From Candidatus Babeliales bacterium (lineage in GTDB: Bacteria; Babelota; Babeliae; Babelales; JACPOV01): a DNA stretch of 64,000 bases. Shown one piece after another: positions 43,806 through 53,373 of this stretch. The notes under the pieces were generated by a model. It was not told the origin of the DNA and ran no database searches. It saw only the letters and a list, made by a program, of their open reading frames with translations. The stretch is taken from the NCBI GenBank assembly GCA_050250855.1, contig JBFWNW010000003.1, positions 44,316 to 108,315 of the forward strand. The letters run 5' to 3'. The first letter of the stretch is position 1. Every line of letters begins with the position of its first letter. The position numbers and the translations under genes were made by a program.

Positions 43806-44756
43806 CTATTCATTTTTTGTTTCTATACTTTGTGGCAAAACTATTTTTTTAAGTACATCAAGATCAACCGGCTTATTTACGGCAATAATTTTTTTATCAG
43901 GATATCGTTCAGCAAGGCCACGACTTAAGGTACTGCCCGGACCAACTTCAATAATAATATCGTATTTGCCCAGCTGATCAATAACACTATTCCAGTAAAG
44001 CGTTTGTTGAATTCTTTGCATACTGTATTCTTTGACAACATCTCCCTTACTTATCATTTTACCCGTAAGGCTACTAATAAGAGGTACTGACAAATCATGA
44101 AAATCTATTTTCTCTAAATAAGCTCTCAACTGATCAATAACAGGATCCATTAAAGAAGAATGCAATCCTGCGCCAAGAGGCATCTCTTTTACTTTTGCAC
44201 CCTCATCTGTCAGCGCCGTTTGGCAGCGCTCTACTGCGGCAGACGGTCCTGTAAGAATACCTTCTGCATCAGATATACGTATCGCTACAGAACATCCTTG
44301 ATCACGCTTAGCTGTTTTTTCAATAATTTTTTCAACACGATCTAATGCGAGCTTAGTAACTTTAATAATGCGCACATCAGCGTTTGTAAGAAATTCCTGA
44401 TAAAATTGTGCATACTTTGATAAAAAATAAAGACCATCAGGAAGATTAAGGCCACCAGTTGAAGATAAAGCGCTGTATTCCCCCAAGCCAAATCCTGCAA
44501 CAACTTCAGGCACAATACCTTCTTGTTTAAGATATGCTGCTATAGAAAAACTTACTAAGAAAATAGCTTCATAAGCATTATCAATTCTACTTAAATCTTG
44601 TTCAGATGAAGCAAAACACAACTTTACAAAATTAACATTCAGGCAGTTTGAAGCTTCTTCAAAATATTCTTGTATAAGCCTTGATTCATCGTAAAGCTCT
44701 TTTGCCATTCCTACAAACTGACTACCGTATCCCGGAAATACCATAGCTATCTTCAT
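43806..44756 (-). CDS. FabD-like malonyl-CoA:ACP transacylase homolog lacking the nucleophile Ser
   Basis: MKIAMVFPGYGSQFVGM, LHSSLM and EVGPGSTLSRGL align to FabD. The GHSLGE elbow reads GFGLGE, confirmed in the DNA as gga ttt ggc ttg ggg gaa. The ATG at 44756 follows GAGGG. Confidence 0.7.
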   Translation of the reverse strand: MKIAMVFPGYGSQFVGMAKELYDESRLIQEYFEEASNCLNVNFVKLCFASSEQDLSRIDNAYEAIFLVSFSIAAYLKQEGIVPEVVAGFGLGEYSALSSTGGLNLPDGLYFLSKYAQFYQEFLTNADVRIIKVTKLALDRVEKIIEKTAKRDQGCSVAIRISDAEGILTGPSAAVERCQTALTDEGAKVKEMPLGAGLHSSLMDPVIDQLRAYLEKIDFHDLSVPLISSLTGKMISKGDVVKEYSMQRIQQTLYWNSVIDQLGKYDIIIEVGPGSTLSRGLAERYPDKKIIAVNKPVDLDVLKKIVLPQSIETKNE

Positions 44757-44763
44757 ACTACCC

Positions 44764-46167
44764 TCATCTGGTATTTTTTTGGTCATTATACGTTACTAAA
44801 AACTGTTTAATACGGCTTATACTTTCAGTTTTACCAAGAACTTCTAATAATTCAAAAACTCCCGGTCCATTCGTGCTGCCAATTAATGCTAAGCGTATTG
44901 GTTGTGCACAAGTAACAAATTTTAAACCTTTTTGCTTTACATATGATTTTACAAAATCTGTTACACTCGAAAGAGAAAAATCCTGACATGAATCTAATAA
45001 TGCCATTATTTCTTTTAACGTATGCAAGGCTTCTGGAGTTGCCCATTGTGCAAGCTCTTGTTCTGTTGGCTGAGTGCTTTTATCATGCACTGCTTGCAGA
45101 TCATCAACAAGTTGTCGTAATGTTTTTACCCGTTCTTTATAGAGCCCTATAAATGCTCTAATCTGTTCTTCCGACCATAAACCAAGCAGATCAAAAAGAT
45201 TATGCTGAACATCTTGGACTGTGCAATGTAATAATTTTTCATTATTGGTTTCTTTTATATAGTGACTGTTAATCCAATCAAGCTTAGCCTGATCAAAAAT
45301 CGCACCACTTTTACCAACATGATCTAAAGAAAAAAGTTCAATCATTTGTTCTCGGGTGAAAATTTCTTGATCACCATGTGACCAGCCAAGACGTACTAAA
45401 TAGTTACAAAATGCATCAGACAAATATCCTGCTTTTTTATATTCTAAAACAGAGGTTGCTGCATCACGCTTACTTAATCGTTGACCAGAAGACCCGAGAA
45501 TAAGGGGAATGTGCGCAAATTGTGGCGCAGTAAAGCCAAGAGCTTCATATAAAATACATTGTTTTGGCGTATTAGAAATATGATCTTCACCGCGAATAAC
45601 ATGCGTAATATGCATTAATGCATCGTCAATAACAACCACAAAATTATATATGGGCATACCGTCTGAACGCGCAATAATAAAATCATCAAATTGATCTGAG
45701 GGAAAGGTAATAGTGCCACGAACCAAATCATGAAATGAAATGGTTGCACGCTCTAAAGGAAATTTTATACGAATCACATGCGGCTTCTTTAGATCTTCAT
45801 CGGTTACCTGACGCGATCTACAAGCACCATCATATTTATAAAACTCATCACCCTCTGATGCAGCACAAAAACAACGATAAGCCTTTTTTTCATCAAGAAG
45901 CTTTTTTATATATTTTTCATATTCAAACATACGTTCTGTCTGAAACACTAACGGTTCATCAGAACGAATACCCGCCCATTCAAGTGAAGCAAGTTGTGAT
46001 GCTACAAAATCTTTATGCGATCGCTCTCTATCAGTATCTTCTACACGAATAATAAAAGTACCTTTATTATGTCGTGCAAAAAGTACATTAAAAAGAGCAG
46101 TACGCAATCCACCTATATGCAAATGTCCTGTAGGAGATGGCGCAAAGCGTACGCGAACAGTATTCAC
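44764..46167 (-). CDS. gltX: glutamyl-tRNA synthetase
   Basis: RFAPSPTGHLHIGGLRTALFN (HIGH motif), RLSKRD (KMSKS-like motif), 467 aa. Confidence 0.9.
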   Translation of the reverse strand: MNTVRVRFAPSPTGHLHIGGLRTALFNVLFARHNKGTFIIRVEDTDRERSHKDFVASQLASLEWAGIRSDEPLVFQTERMFEYEKYIKKLLDEKKAYRCFCAASEGDEFYKYDGACRSRQVTDEDLKKPHVIRIKFPLERATISFHDLVRGTITFPSDQFDDFIIARSDGMPIYNFVVVIDDALMHITHVIRGEDHISNTPKQCILYEALGFTAPQFAHIPLILGSSGQRLSKRDAATSVLEYKKAGYLSDAFCNYLVRLGWSHGDQEIFTREQMIELFSLDHVGKSGAIFDQAKLDWINSHYIKETNNEKLLHCTVQDVQHNLFDLLGLWSEEQIRAFIGLYKERVKTLRQLVDDLQAVHDKSTQPTEQELAQWATPEALHTLKEIMALLDSCQDFSLSSVTDFVKSYVKQKGLKFVTCAQPIRLALIGSTNGPGVFELLEVLGKTESISRIKQFLVTYNDQKNTR

Positions 46168-46182
46168 TGATAATTTCCTTGC

Positions 46183-46842
46183 TTACTTAAGATGTTGTTC
46201 TGCCAGTCCAGACCATACTGAACGATCTTCTTTATTATCTTTGCTTCCTTGCTCAATAAGTGGCTGCCAAAGAGATTCTGCTTCCTTTTTTTGTCCTTTA
46301 CCAAAATAATAAAGTCCAAGATAATAACGGGCTTGATCCTGGTTTGCACCTTCTTGATCTGCATATTTTTGTAATAATGCTAAGCCATCTTTTTGCACAG
46401 CTTCATTATCATCTGCAAGAAGCATACGTGCATATTTAATACTATAAAGAGGATAGAGAGGAGAGTGTGAAGATAGTTTTTCAAGCATAGTTTTCATAAC
46501 AGCATATGCTTCTTCTTTTTTATCTTGCTCTAACAGGGCATCTGCCTGCAATCCCAAAAAGAATGGCGCTATTGATGCTGAGGAATATTGGCGATAACCT
46601 GTTTTTGCACCAACTTCTACATCTTGCCACAAATCAGCATTTTCATACGCGTGTTTATGTTCTGAAAGCACTTCAGACAATGCCTGCAATGCATTTTGAT
46701 TGCGAATTGCTTGTCCTTGATACCAATAGATAAAACCACCAAATCCAATGGCAGCAAATCCTAAAACACCCATAATATAATTTTTATACGTAACAATAAA
46801 ATCTTGAAAATCTAAGAAAAAATCACGATTTTGTATATTCAT
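46183..46842 (-). CDS. membrane-anchored TPR-like protein (YfgM-like?)
   Basis: The ATG at 46842 follows AAGGA. One N-terminal TM helix (IMGVLGFAAIGFGGFIYW) followed by TPR-like helices (ARYYLGLYYFGKGQKKEAESLW). Confidence 0.45.
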   Translation of the reverse strand: MNIQNRDFFLDFQDFIVTYKNYIMGVLGFAAIGFGGFIYWYQGQAIRNQNALQALSEVLSEHKHAYENADLWQDVEVGAKTGYRQYSSASIAPFFLGLQADALLEQDKKEEAYAVMKTMLEKLSSHSPLYPLYSIKYARMLLADDNEAVQKDGLALLQKYADQEGANQDQARYYLGLYYFGKGQKKEAESLWQPLIEQGSKDNKEDRSVWSGLAEQHLK

Positions 46843-46911
46843 GTACATCATCCTTGTTAAAGTTACAGCTCTGTGCAAAAACTATCATACCTTACAAAAA
46901 CTCTCAAGCTT

Positions 46912-47958
46912 CTAAATTGACGCGCTTTTAAGTTCCTGCTCTGAACCTTTCAGCAATAAACCATGTTCTTCAAGTAAGGCAACCACGCGCTTATTATACT
47001 CTTCATAAAAATTGCTTGAACCTACTGAATGAGCAAAATGAATAGCATCTTCTATAGCTTGTGCATTAGAAGAACCATGTGCAATAATTAACGGTTTTTT
47101 AAGGCCTAACAATAAAGCACCGCCACGCTGTGTTTTTTTTATATTTTTTTTCAATCTTCTAAAAATAGGAGCACCAAAAAGACCAACGCAACGGCCTAGA
47201 AATGATTTATTACCTTCATCTTTCAGCCATTGTGTAACAACTTGTACCGTTGCTTCCATAGATTTCAGCATTATATTACCAGAAAAGCCATCACATACCA
47301 CAACGTCAGCAGCACCATGCAAAACATCTTGCGGCTCACAATTGCCAATAAAATGTAATGAACTTTTAGTAAGTAATTCATACGTTTGTTGAACAAGCTT
47401 ACTTCCTTTTCCTGCTTCTGCTCCATTTGAAAGAAGCCCTATTCTTGGCTGCGCAATATTTTTGGTAAGTTGTACATAAGCAGAACCCATTAAAGCAAAC
47501 TGCTGCAAAAACTCCGGTCTACAATCAGCATTCGCGCCTAAATCGGTACAAAAAACTGAGTCTCGCTGCGTAGGCAAAAAGCCTCCTATAGCGGGACGCA
47601 AAACGTTTGGAAGTTTTCCTATTACGACCATTCCTGCAACAAGACAGGCTCCTGAATTACCCGCAGAAACAACAGCACGAGCTTTCCCAATAGCAACCCA
47701 TTCCATGGCCTGTATTAAAGAAGAATCTTTTTTTCGAACCGATTTTACTGGTTCATCATCCATAGTGATAACTTGAGAACAATGAATAAAAGAAATTGGC
47801 AACGAACGCCAATCTGCGCAAAGAGAATGTAAATGAGACTCTATAAGCGTTTCATCGCCAAAGAGGCATACTTTGATCCCGGTTCGGGCCGCTAAATAAG
47901 CACCTTCAATAATAGCATGGGGGGCATAGTCGCCCCCCATAGCGTCAATAGCTATCAT
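46912..47958 (-). CDS. plsX: phosphate acyltransferase PlsX
   Basis: MIAIDAMGGDYAP..., GNSGA and the C-terminal IIAHGSSN are typical of PlsX, as is its position downstream of rpmF. Confidence 0.9.
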   Translation of the reverse strand: MIAIDAMGGDYAPHAIIEGAYLAARTGIKVCLFGDETLIESHLHSLCADWRSLPISFIHCSQVITMDDEPVKSVRKKDSSLIQAMEWVAIGKARAVVSAGNSGACLVAGMVVIGKLPNVLRPAIGGFLPTQRDSVFCTDLGANADCRPEFLQQFALMGSAYVQLTKNIAQPRIGLLSNGAEAGKGSKLVQQTYELLTKSSLHFIGNCEPQDVLHGAADVVVCDGFSGNIMLKSMEATVQVVTQWLKDEGNKSFLGRCVGLFGAPIFRRLKKNIKKTQRGGALLLGLKKPLIIAHGSSNAQAIEDAIHFAHSVGSSNFYEEYNKRVVALLEEHGLLLKGSEQELKSASI

Positions 47959-47973
47959 ATAACCTTTTGAACC

Positions 47974-48231
47974 TTACTCTTGAGTTTCTTGAGTAGGTTG
48001 CTTTGCTGCTTTCACTTTTTTTAATTCTTCGCGTTTTTGGCCACGATCAGCTTTAGTAGCTATAACTTTTGCACCTTTGTAAAAGCCACATTTTTTACAT
48101 GCTTGATGAGGTAATAAAGGAAACCCACACTCTTCCTGCGCACAGCGAGCAATAGATGTTTCTTTAATTCCCTTATTTGCAAATCGTTTATCTCTACGCG
48201 ATCTGGATCGTTTTCGTTTAGGTACTGGCAT
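47974..48231 (-). CDS. rpmF: 50S ribosomal protein L32 with K/E-rich C-terminal extension
   Basis: MPVPKRKRSRSRRDKR..., and the Zn-ribbon cysteines C..EEC...CKKC. The ATG at 48231 is preferred over the upstream track start. Confidence 0.85.
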   Translation of the reverse strand: MPVPKRKRSRSRRDKRFANKGIKETSIARCAQEECGFPLLPHQACKKCGFYKGAKVIATKADRGQKREELKKVKAAKQPTQETQE

Positions 48232-48346
48232 CGTAAATCTCCGATAAAAAGAAGTATGGCGACAAGCGCCATGTAAATTCGTCAAATAGCTTTATCTATA
48301 GCAATTTTATTAAAAATTAAGGAAAAAAGCAAAAAAAGATATAAAC

Positions 48347-49459
48347 CTATCCCCGGCAAACCCACAATCCAGCAAAATCCTGGGTAATAACTCCCTCCAA
48401 CTGCAGGTTAAAAAGAGATTCCTGCACTTCATGCAGGCTTTTACCCGTCAATTGCACCAGCTCATCAATTGCCTTAGGTTTTTTGCATGATTGTATCAAA
48501 AGCCCTTCAGGTGTTAATGGCTGAGGACTTTCGAGCTCAGGACTCACTAATGAAAGCTGCTCGCTGACCTCTTGAACCTCATCCTGTCCATACTCAACCA
48601 AAATATCCTGTGCACTAGTAACCAATTTTGCTCCCTGCTGAATAAGGCGATGGCAACCGTGGCTTAAAGGATTATTCAGTAAACCTGGCACGGCAAAAAC
48701 GTCACGCCCCTGATCTAACGCACAATGTGCGGTGATTGATGCGCCACTTTTTTCGGCAGCTTGTACAACCAAGCACCCCCGAGATAATCCTGAAATAATA
48801 CGATTACGAGCAGGGAAATTTCCTGGCAACGGGTCACTCAACAAAGGAAAGGGGCTCACAACAGCCCCACCCTCTGTATATATTGTCTGAAATAAAGATT
48901 TATTCTTTGTTGGATATGGCCTCAAAAGACCTGAACCAAGTACTGCTACCGTGATACCTTTACTTGAAAGTGCTGCTTCATGAGCCATAGTATCTGCTCC
49001 AAGAGCACCGCCACTTACAATAGTCCACCCATGAGCAACTAAAGAAGGAACAATTGCTTTTATAGCTTCATGCGCATAATCATCAGCAGCACGAGATCCT
49101 ACTACAGCAAACGCCTGTTCTAAACATGATAAAGTTCCTTGTGCATATAGGACAGCCGGTGGCATATGAATATGGCGCAATAATGCCGGATATGATTCAT
49201 CAAACAACGTTACAATCTGTATACTATGTTTTTCAAGCAAAGCGCATTCACGCTCAAGAATAGCTTTATCCGCTAATCCTTGCACCAAGCGCTGGGCCTG
49301 AGACATAGTAAAGCCTGCTTTCAAAAAATCATCATGCAAAAACGTATAGAGCTGCGCAAGATCCTGATTTCCAAAAAGCTCATACAGCTTGTTTGTTAGT
49401 GTAGAGCTTAAACCGGCTATTAATGAAACGTGAAGTAGTACTAAGCGATTATCATTCAT
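48347..49459 (-). CDS. dprA: DNA processing protein DprA (Smf)
   Basis: VVGSRAADDY..., SGGALGADTMAHEAAL, Rossmann-like core and a C-terminal winged-helix-like tail. Confidence 0.85.
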   Translation of the reverse strand: MNDNRLVLLHVSLIAGLSSTLTNKLYELFGNQDLAQLYTFLHDDFLKAGFTMSQAQRLVQGLADKAILERECALLEKHSIQIVTLFDESYPALLRHIHMPPAVLYAQGTLSCLEQAFAVVGSRAADDYAHEAIKAIVPSLVAHGWTIVSGGALGADTMAHEAALSSKGITVAVLGSGLLRPYPTKNKSLFQTIYTEGGAVVSPFPLLSDPLPGNFPARNRIISGLSRGCLVVQAAEKSGASITAHCALDQGRDVFAVPGLLNNPLSHGCHRLIQQGAKLVTSAQDILVEYGQDEVQEVSEQLSLVSPELESPQPLTPEGLLIQSCKKPKAIDELVQLTGKSLHEVQESLFNLQLEGVITQDFAGLWVCRG

Positions 49460-49462
49460 ACG

Positions 49463-52096
49463 TTAAAACATCAACATTTCATCATCGTAAGCATCAGGCT
49501 GAGGATCTTTATATTCAGTATCTTGATCGCCATAAGGAATATCAAAAATACTCATTGCCTCATCATCATGCATATCATCAGCTTTTACTGCCGCTTTAAT
49601 GGGCTTATCAGCTCCACCAGAGCCACCTTCATCGCCGCCACCATTGTTACCATTGTTTTCTTCGACAAATGCAGCTACCGTTGCTAAGCGTTGATCATCA
49701 TCTAAGCGTATAAGGCGAACGCCTTTTGCTTGACGACCCATGGTACGAATTTCTTGCGGAGAAAGGCGAATCATTTTTCCAGCAGTATCAATGAGCAATA
49801 CATTTGAATCATCAGAAACTGCTGCAAGACCGATAACAAAACCATTACGCTCATCAACTGGAATAGTACGTACACCATAGCCGCCACGATGCGCTACGCG
49901 GAAATCTTCTGCTTTCACACGTTTTCCGTAACCACGCTCAGTAGCAAAAAGAATATCTTCTTCACCGGTAACAACTTCCATACCAACGACAGAATCTTTT
50001 GAACGCAAACGAATTCCCATGACACCAGAGGCTTGACGGCCCATTTGACGCACTTCAGTTTCTTTAAAGCGGATACCTTGTCCCTTTGCTGTCGCTATAA
50101 CAATAGTATCGGAGCCAGAGCTGAGTGCACAGAATACAAGCTCATCACCTTCACGCAATGTAACAGCACGAATACCGGAACTACGAATTTTTTCAAATAA
50201 GGTAGCATCCATGCGCTTGATAATACCATCGCGCGACAACATAACAAGCGATTTGCCCGCTAAATCACGCGCACAGAGTAATTTAACAACTTTTTCACCT
50301 TCTGTTAATGGCAGCAAATTAACAATTGCACGGCCTTTTGCAGTACGTGAACCTTCTGGCACCTCAAAAACTTGTAAATTATAAACGCGTCCCAAATTCG
50401 TAAAGAACAGAAGTTCATCATGATTTTTAGCAACAAAAAGATCTTGCATGATATCATCAGATTCATCTAATGACGCCATACCCATTTTACCTTTGCCACC
50501 ACGATGCTGTACGCCATATACCGTAAGTGGCACACGTTTTATGTACCCTTTTTTGGTAAGCGTTACCACAACCTCTTCATCAGGAATTAAATCGGCTTCA
50601 GTAAGAATATCAATCGCACCTTCAATTTTGGTACGACGAGGATCGGCATAACTTTCTTTTATCTGAACGAGCTCCTTAACAATTTCTTGTTTCAGTACTT
50701 CTTTATCGCTCAGAATCAATTTTAAATAGATTATAGTTTTTTTGATTTCTTCCATTTCAGCACGGATTTTATCTTGCTCCATTGCCGTTAAACGCTGCAA
50801 GCGCATTTCTAGAATTGCTTTACATTGCTCTTGTGAAAGCAAGAATCTCTTATTAAGTTTTGTTGTTGCTTCTTCTGCTGATTTAGAAGCTTTAATAAGT
50901 GAAACTGCTTCATCAATATTATCAAGTGCAATAATAAAACCAGCTAAAAGATGTTCACGCGCATGCGCTTTATTAAGATCATACACCGTACGACGATGAA
51001 CAATTTCTTGGCGATGCATTAAGAATTCACGAATCAGCTCACGCAAAGAAAAAACATTAGGTTTATTATCAAGCAAGCCAAGCATTAAAATAGAAATACT
51101 TGTTTGCAATGGCGTATATTTATACAGCTGATTTAAGGTAACACTTGGCATTTCTCCGCGTTTTAATTCAATAACAACGCGCATACCCTTTTTATCTGAT
51201 TCATCACGGATATTCGAAATGCTTTCAATAACTTTATTTTTTACAAGATCAGCAATTTTTACAATTAAATCTGCCTTGTTGACTTGATATGGTAATTCGG
51301 TAATAACAAGCGCATCACCTTTTTTTGATTCTTCGATATCAACAACACCGCGAACAATAACGTTACCGCGGCCAGTTCTATATGCTTTTACCACGCCAGC
51401 ACGGCCACAAATTATACCGCCGGTAGGAAAATCTGGCGCAGGAATCAAAGCAAAAAGTTCATCTTCCGTCATCGCTTCATTTTGCAAGAAAGCAAGACAC
51501 GCATTAATAACTTCACCAAGATTGTGAGGCGGCACCGATGTTGCCATACCAACAGCAATACCAGAAGCGCCATTAATTAAAAGATTCGGTAATCTACTTG
51601 GTAAAATTACTGGCTCAACAGTTGATTCATCAAAATTTGGTACAAAAGGTACTGTTTCTTTATCAAGGTCTGCAAGGATTTCTTGTGAAATTCTTTGCAT
51701 ACGAACTTCAGTATAACGCATTGCCGCTGCGTTATCACCATCTATAGAACCCCAGTTACCTTGACCATCTAGTAATGGATAACGTTTTGAAAAATCCTGC
51801 ACCATCCCAACCATAGTATTATAAACGGCTTGGTCACCATGTGGATGATATTTACCCATTACGTCCCCAACGATACGTACTGATTTGTGATATGGTCTAT
51901 TATAATAAAAACCAAGTTGGTCCATGGTGTATAAAATACGCCTGTGTACCGGCTTAAGCCCATCACGAATATCAGGAATAGCACGACTGACTACAACTGA
52001 CATCGCATAATCAAGAAATGAACTTTTTAATTCATCTTCAATTAAAACAGGTTTTAAACTTCCATCATTTTTTTTAATATCATTGGCCAATGCCAT
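49463..52096 (-). CDS. gyrA: DNA gyrase subunit A
   Basis: DGLKPVHRRILY, AAMRYTEVRM (active-site Tyr region) and the C-terminal beta-pinwheel repeats. The ATG at 52096 follows AAGGGA. There is an acidic Gly-rich tail. Confidence 0.9.
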   Translation of the reverse strand: MALANDIKKNDGSLKPVLIEDELKSSFLDYAMSVVVSRAIPDIRDGLKPVHRRILYTMDQLGFYYNRPYHKSVRIVGDVMGKYHPHGDQAVYNTMVGMVQDFSKRYPLLDGQGNWGSIDGDNAAAMRYTEVRMQRISQEILADLDKETVPFVPNFDESTVEPVILPSRLPNLLINGASGIAVGMATSVPPHNLGEVINACLAFLQNEAMTEDELFALIPAPDFPTGGIICGRAGVVKAYRTGRGNVIVRGVVDIEESKKGDALVITELPYQVNKADLIVKIADLVKNKVIESISNIRDESDKKGMRVVIELKRGEMPSVTLNQLYKYTPLQTSISILMLGLLDNKPNVFSLRELIREFLMHRQEIVHRRTVYDLNKAHAREHLLAGFIIALDNIDEAVSLIKASKSAEEATTKLNKRFLLSQEQCKAILEMRLQRLTAMEQDKIRAEMEEIKKTIIYLKLILSDKEVLKQEIVKELVQIKESYADPRRTKIEGAIDILTEADLIPDEEVVVTLTKKGYIKRVPLTVYGVQHRGGKGKMGMASLDESDDIMQDLFVAKNHDELLFFTNLGRVYNLQVFEVPEGSRTAKGRAIVNLLPLTEGEKVVKLLCARDLAGKSLVMLSRDGIIKRMDATLFEKIRSSGIRAVTLREGDELVFCALSSGSDTIVIATAKGQGIRFKETEVRQMGRQASGVMGIRLRSKDSVVGMEVVTGEEDILFATERGYGKRVKAEDFRVAHRGGYGVRTIPVDERNGFVIGLAAVSDDSNVLLIDTAGKMIRLSPQEIRTMGRQAKGVRLIRLDDDQRLATVAAFVEENNGNNGGGDEGGSGGADKPIKAAVKADDMHDDEAMSIFDIPYGDQDTEYKDPQPDAYDDEMLMF

Positions 52097-52286
52097 TTTT
52101 TTCCCTTTGCGCAATTTTTTTATGAAATCACACTGCTTAAAAAAATGGAGCGACTAGAAGCAGCTTTTCATTACATTTATAGAATACCTTAAATTAATGT
52201 AATAAACAAGTTCACAAAAAAGCTACCCTCTTGTAATTTTTTTTACTTTTTTACTATGCTTATAAAAAACTAGAGAGGAGAACTTT

Positions 52287-52790
52287 ATGAACTTAAAATA
52301 CCTATTCTTATATTTAAGCTTTTCTTGTTCACTCGTCAATATAATCCTACCCACACCACCGACTGAGACAAAGTGCTCCTACTCTCTCTTTGATTTTATT
52401 ATAGGGCTGTTTACCCCTGAAGAATCAGAGAATCACAATTCAACACCTCTGCAATCCATTAATGCTCAAAAACCTTATACCTATTATGATCTTGATGCAA
52501 AAAATACGCGACGCTATTTAAAAACACTCGTACAAGATGCACAAAAAAATACCATAACAAATGAAGAAATTGAAAAGAGATTAGAACCTCTCATGAATTT
52601 TACGGCAAACTGGGCATTTTTACCGAGTATTCTTATGAAGATCATTATGAAAGAAGAAAATATAGAGAAATTTACCTTATTAGCTGACAGCAAAAACCCT
52701 ACGGCTCAAAAGCTCAGTGCTGCCTATCGCACCACTGCTCTAAAGATTAATGAAAAACTGAAAAAGCACCAACCTATTCATTTTGATTAA
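52287..52790 (+). CDS. hypothetical exported protein, 167 aa
   Basis: GAGAGGAG ribosome-binding site and a hydrophobic N-terminus, with no motif recognised. Confidence 0.5.
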   Translation: MNLKYLFLYLSFSCSLVNIILPTPPTETKCSYSLFDFIIGLFTPEESENHNSTPLQSINAQKPYTYYDLDAKNTRRYLKTLVQDAQKNTITNEEIEKRLEPLMNFTANWAFLPSILMKIIMKEENIEKFTLLADSKNPTAQKLSAAYRTTALKINEKLKKHQPIHFD

Positions 52791-52862
52791 GTAACAGAAA
52801 CTCCTTGCTGAATTAAAAAATTTTATATACATTCTTGTGAAATATAAAAAATATCTCATCCG

Positions 52863-53200
52863 ATGCCAAAGCGTCTCATAAGTTTATACAAAAATTTCCA
52901 TCAAACGAAGATATTGATGTAATAAAAAGTGTTCTATCTCATAAGGAACGTCATTATTTTAATAAAATTGAAAAAAAGGCAAAAAAATACAACCTCATAC
53001 AACAATACTTACCCGCTCGTAAAAAAGAAAGATGTGCATATCTCATAGCAATTGCCAAATCTCCTCAAAAATGCTTAGCTTTTTTAGAACAATTTAAAAC
53101 CACAAAAGAGCTAAAGCTTATAAAAAGCATGCTATCTAAAAAAGAACAAAAATTATTTGAAAAAATTGAACAACAAGCAAAACAAGCAGCACAACTATAG
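52863..53200 (+). pseudogene. frameshift-disrupted small ORF (or sequencing error) at an A5 run
   Basis: The frame starting at ATG 52863 stops after 19 codons. A ~120-codon open frame lacking ATG, GTG or TTG runs from 52841 to the TAG at 53198-53200. Adding one A to the A5 run at 52890-52894 would join the two. Confidence 0.4.
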
Positions 53201-53303
53201 CACAAACTAGATTAGGGCTTAGAGATTATCTGTTTTTCTAAGCCCTCTATAAAAAATAATCTACCTAGCCTCTTTTCCCATCTTGTCCAATCAAACGATA
53301 CCC

Positions 53304-53331
53304 TTCATAAATTCTGGCACTATGCTATACT
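53304..53331 (+). promoter_or_regulatory. candidate promoter for lepA
   Basis: TTCATA, then 16 nt, then TATACT, about 43 nt upstream of the ATG at 53374. Confidence 0.3.
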
Positions 53332-53373
53332 CTCTAGTACATACCTAATCCTTTACTAAATAAAGATATAATC

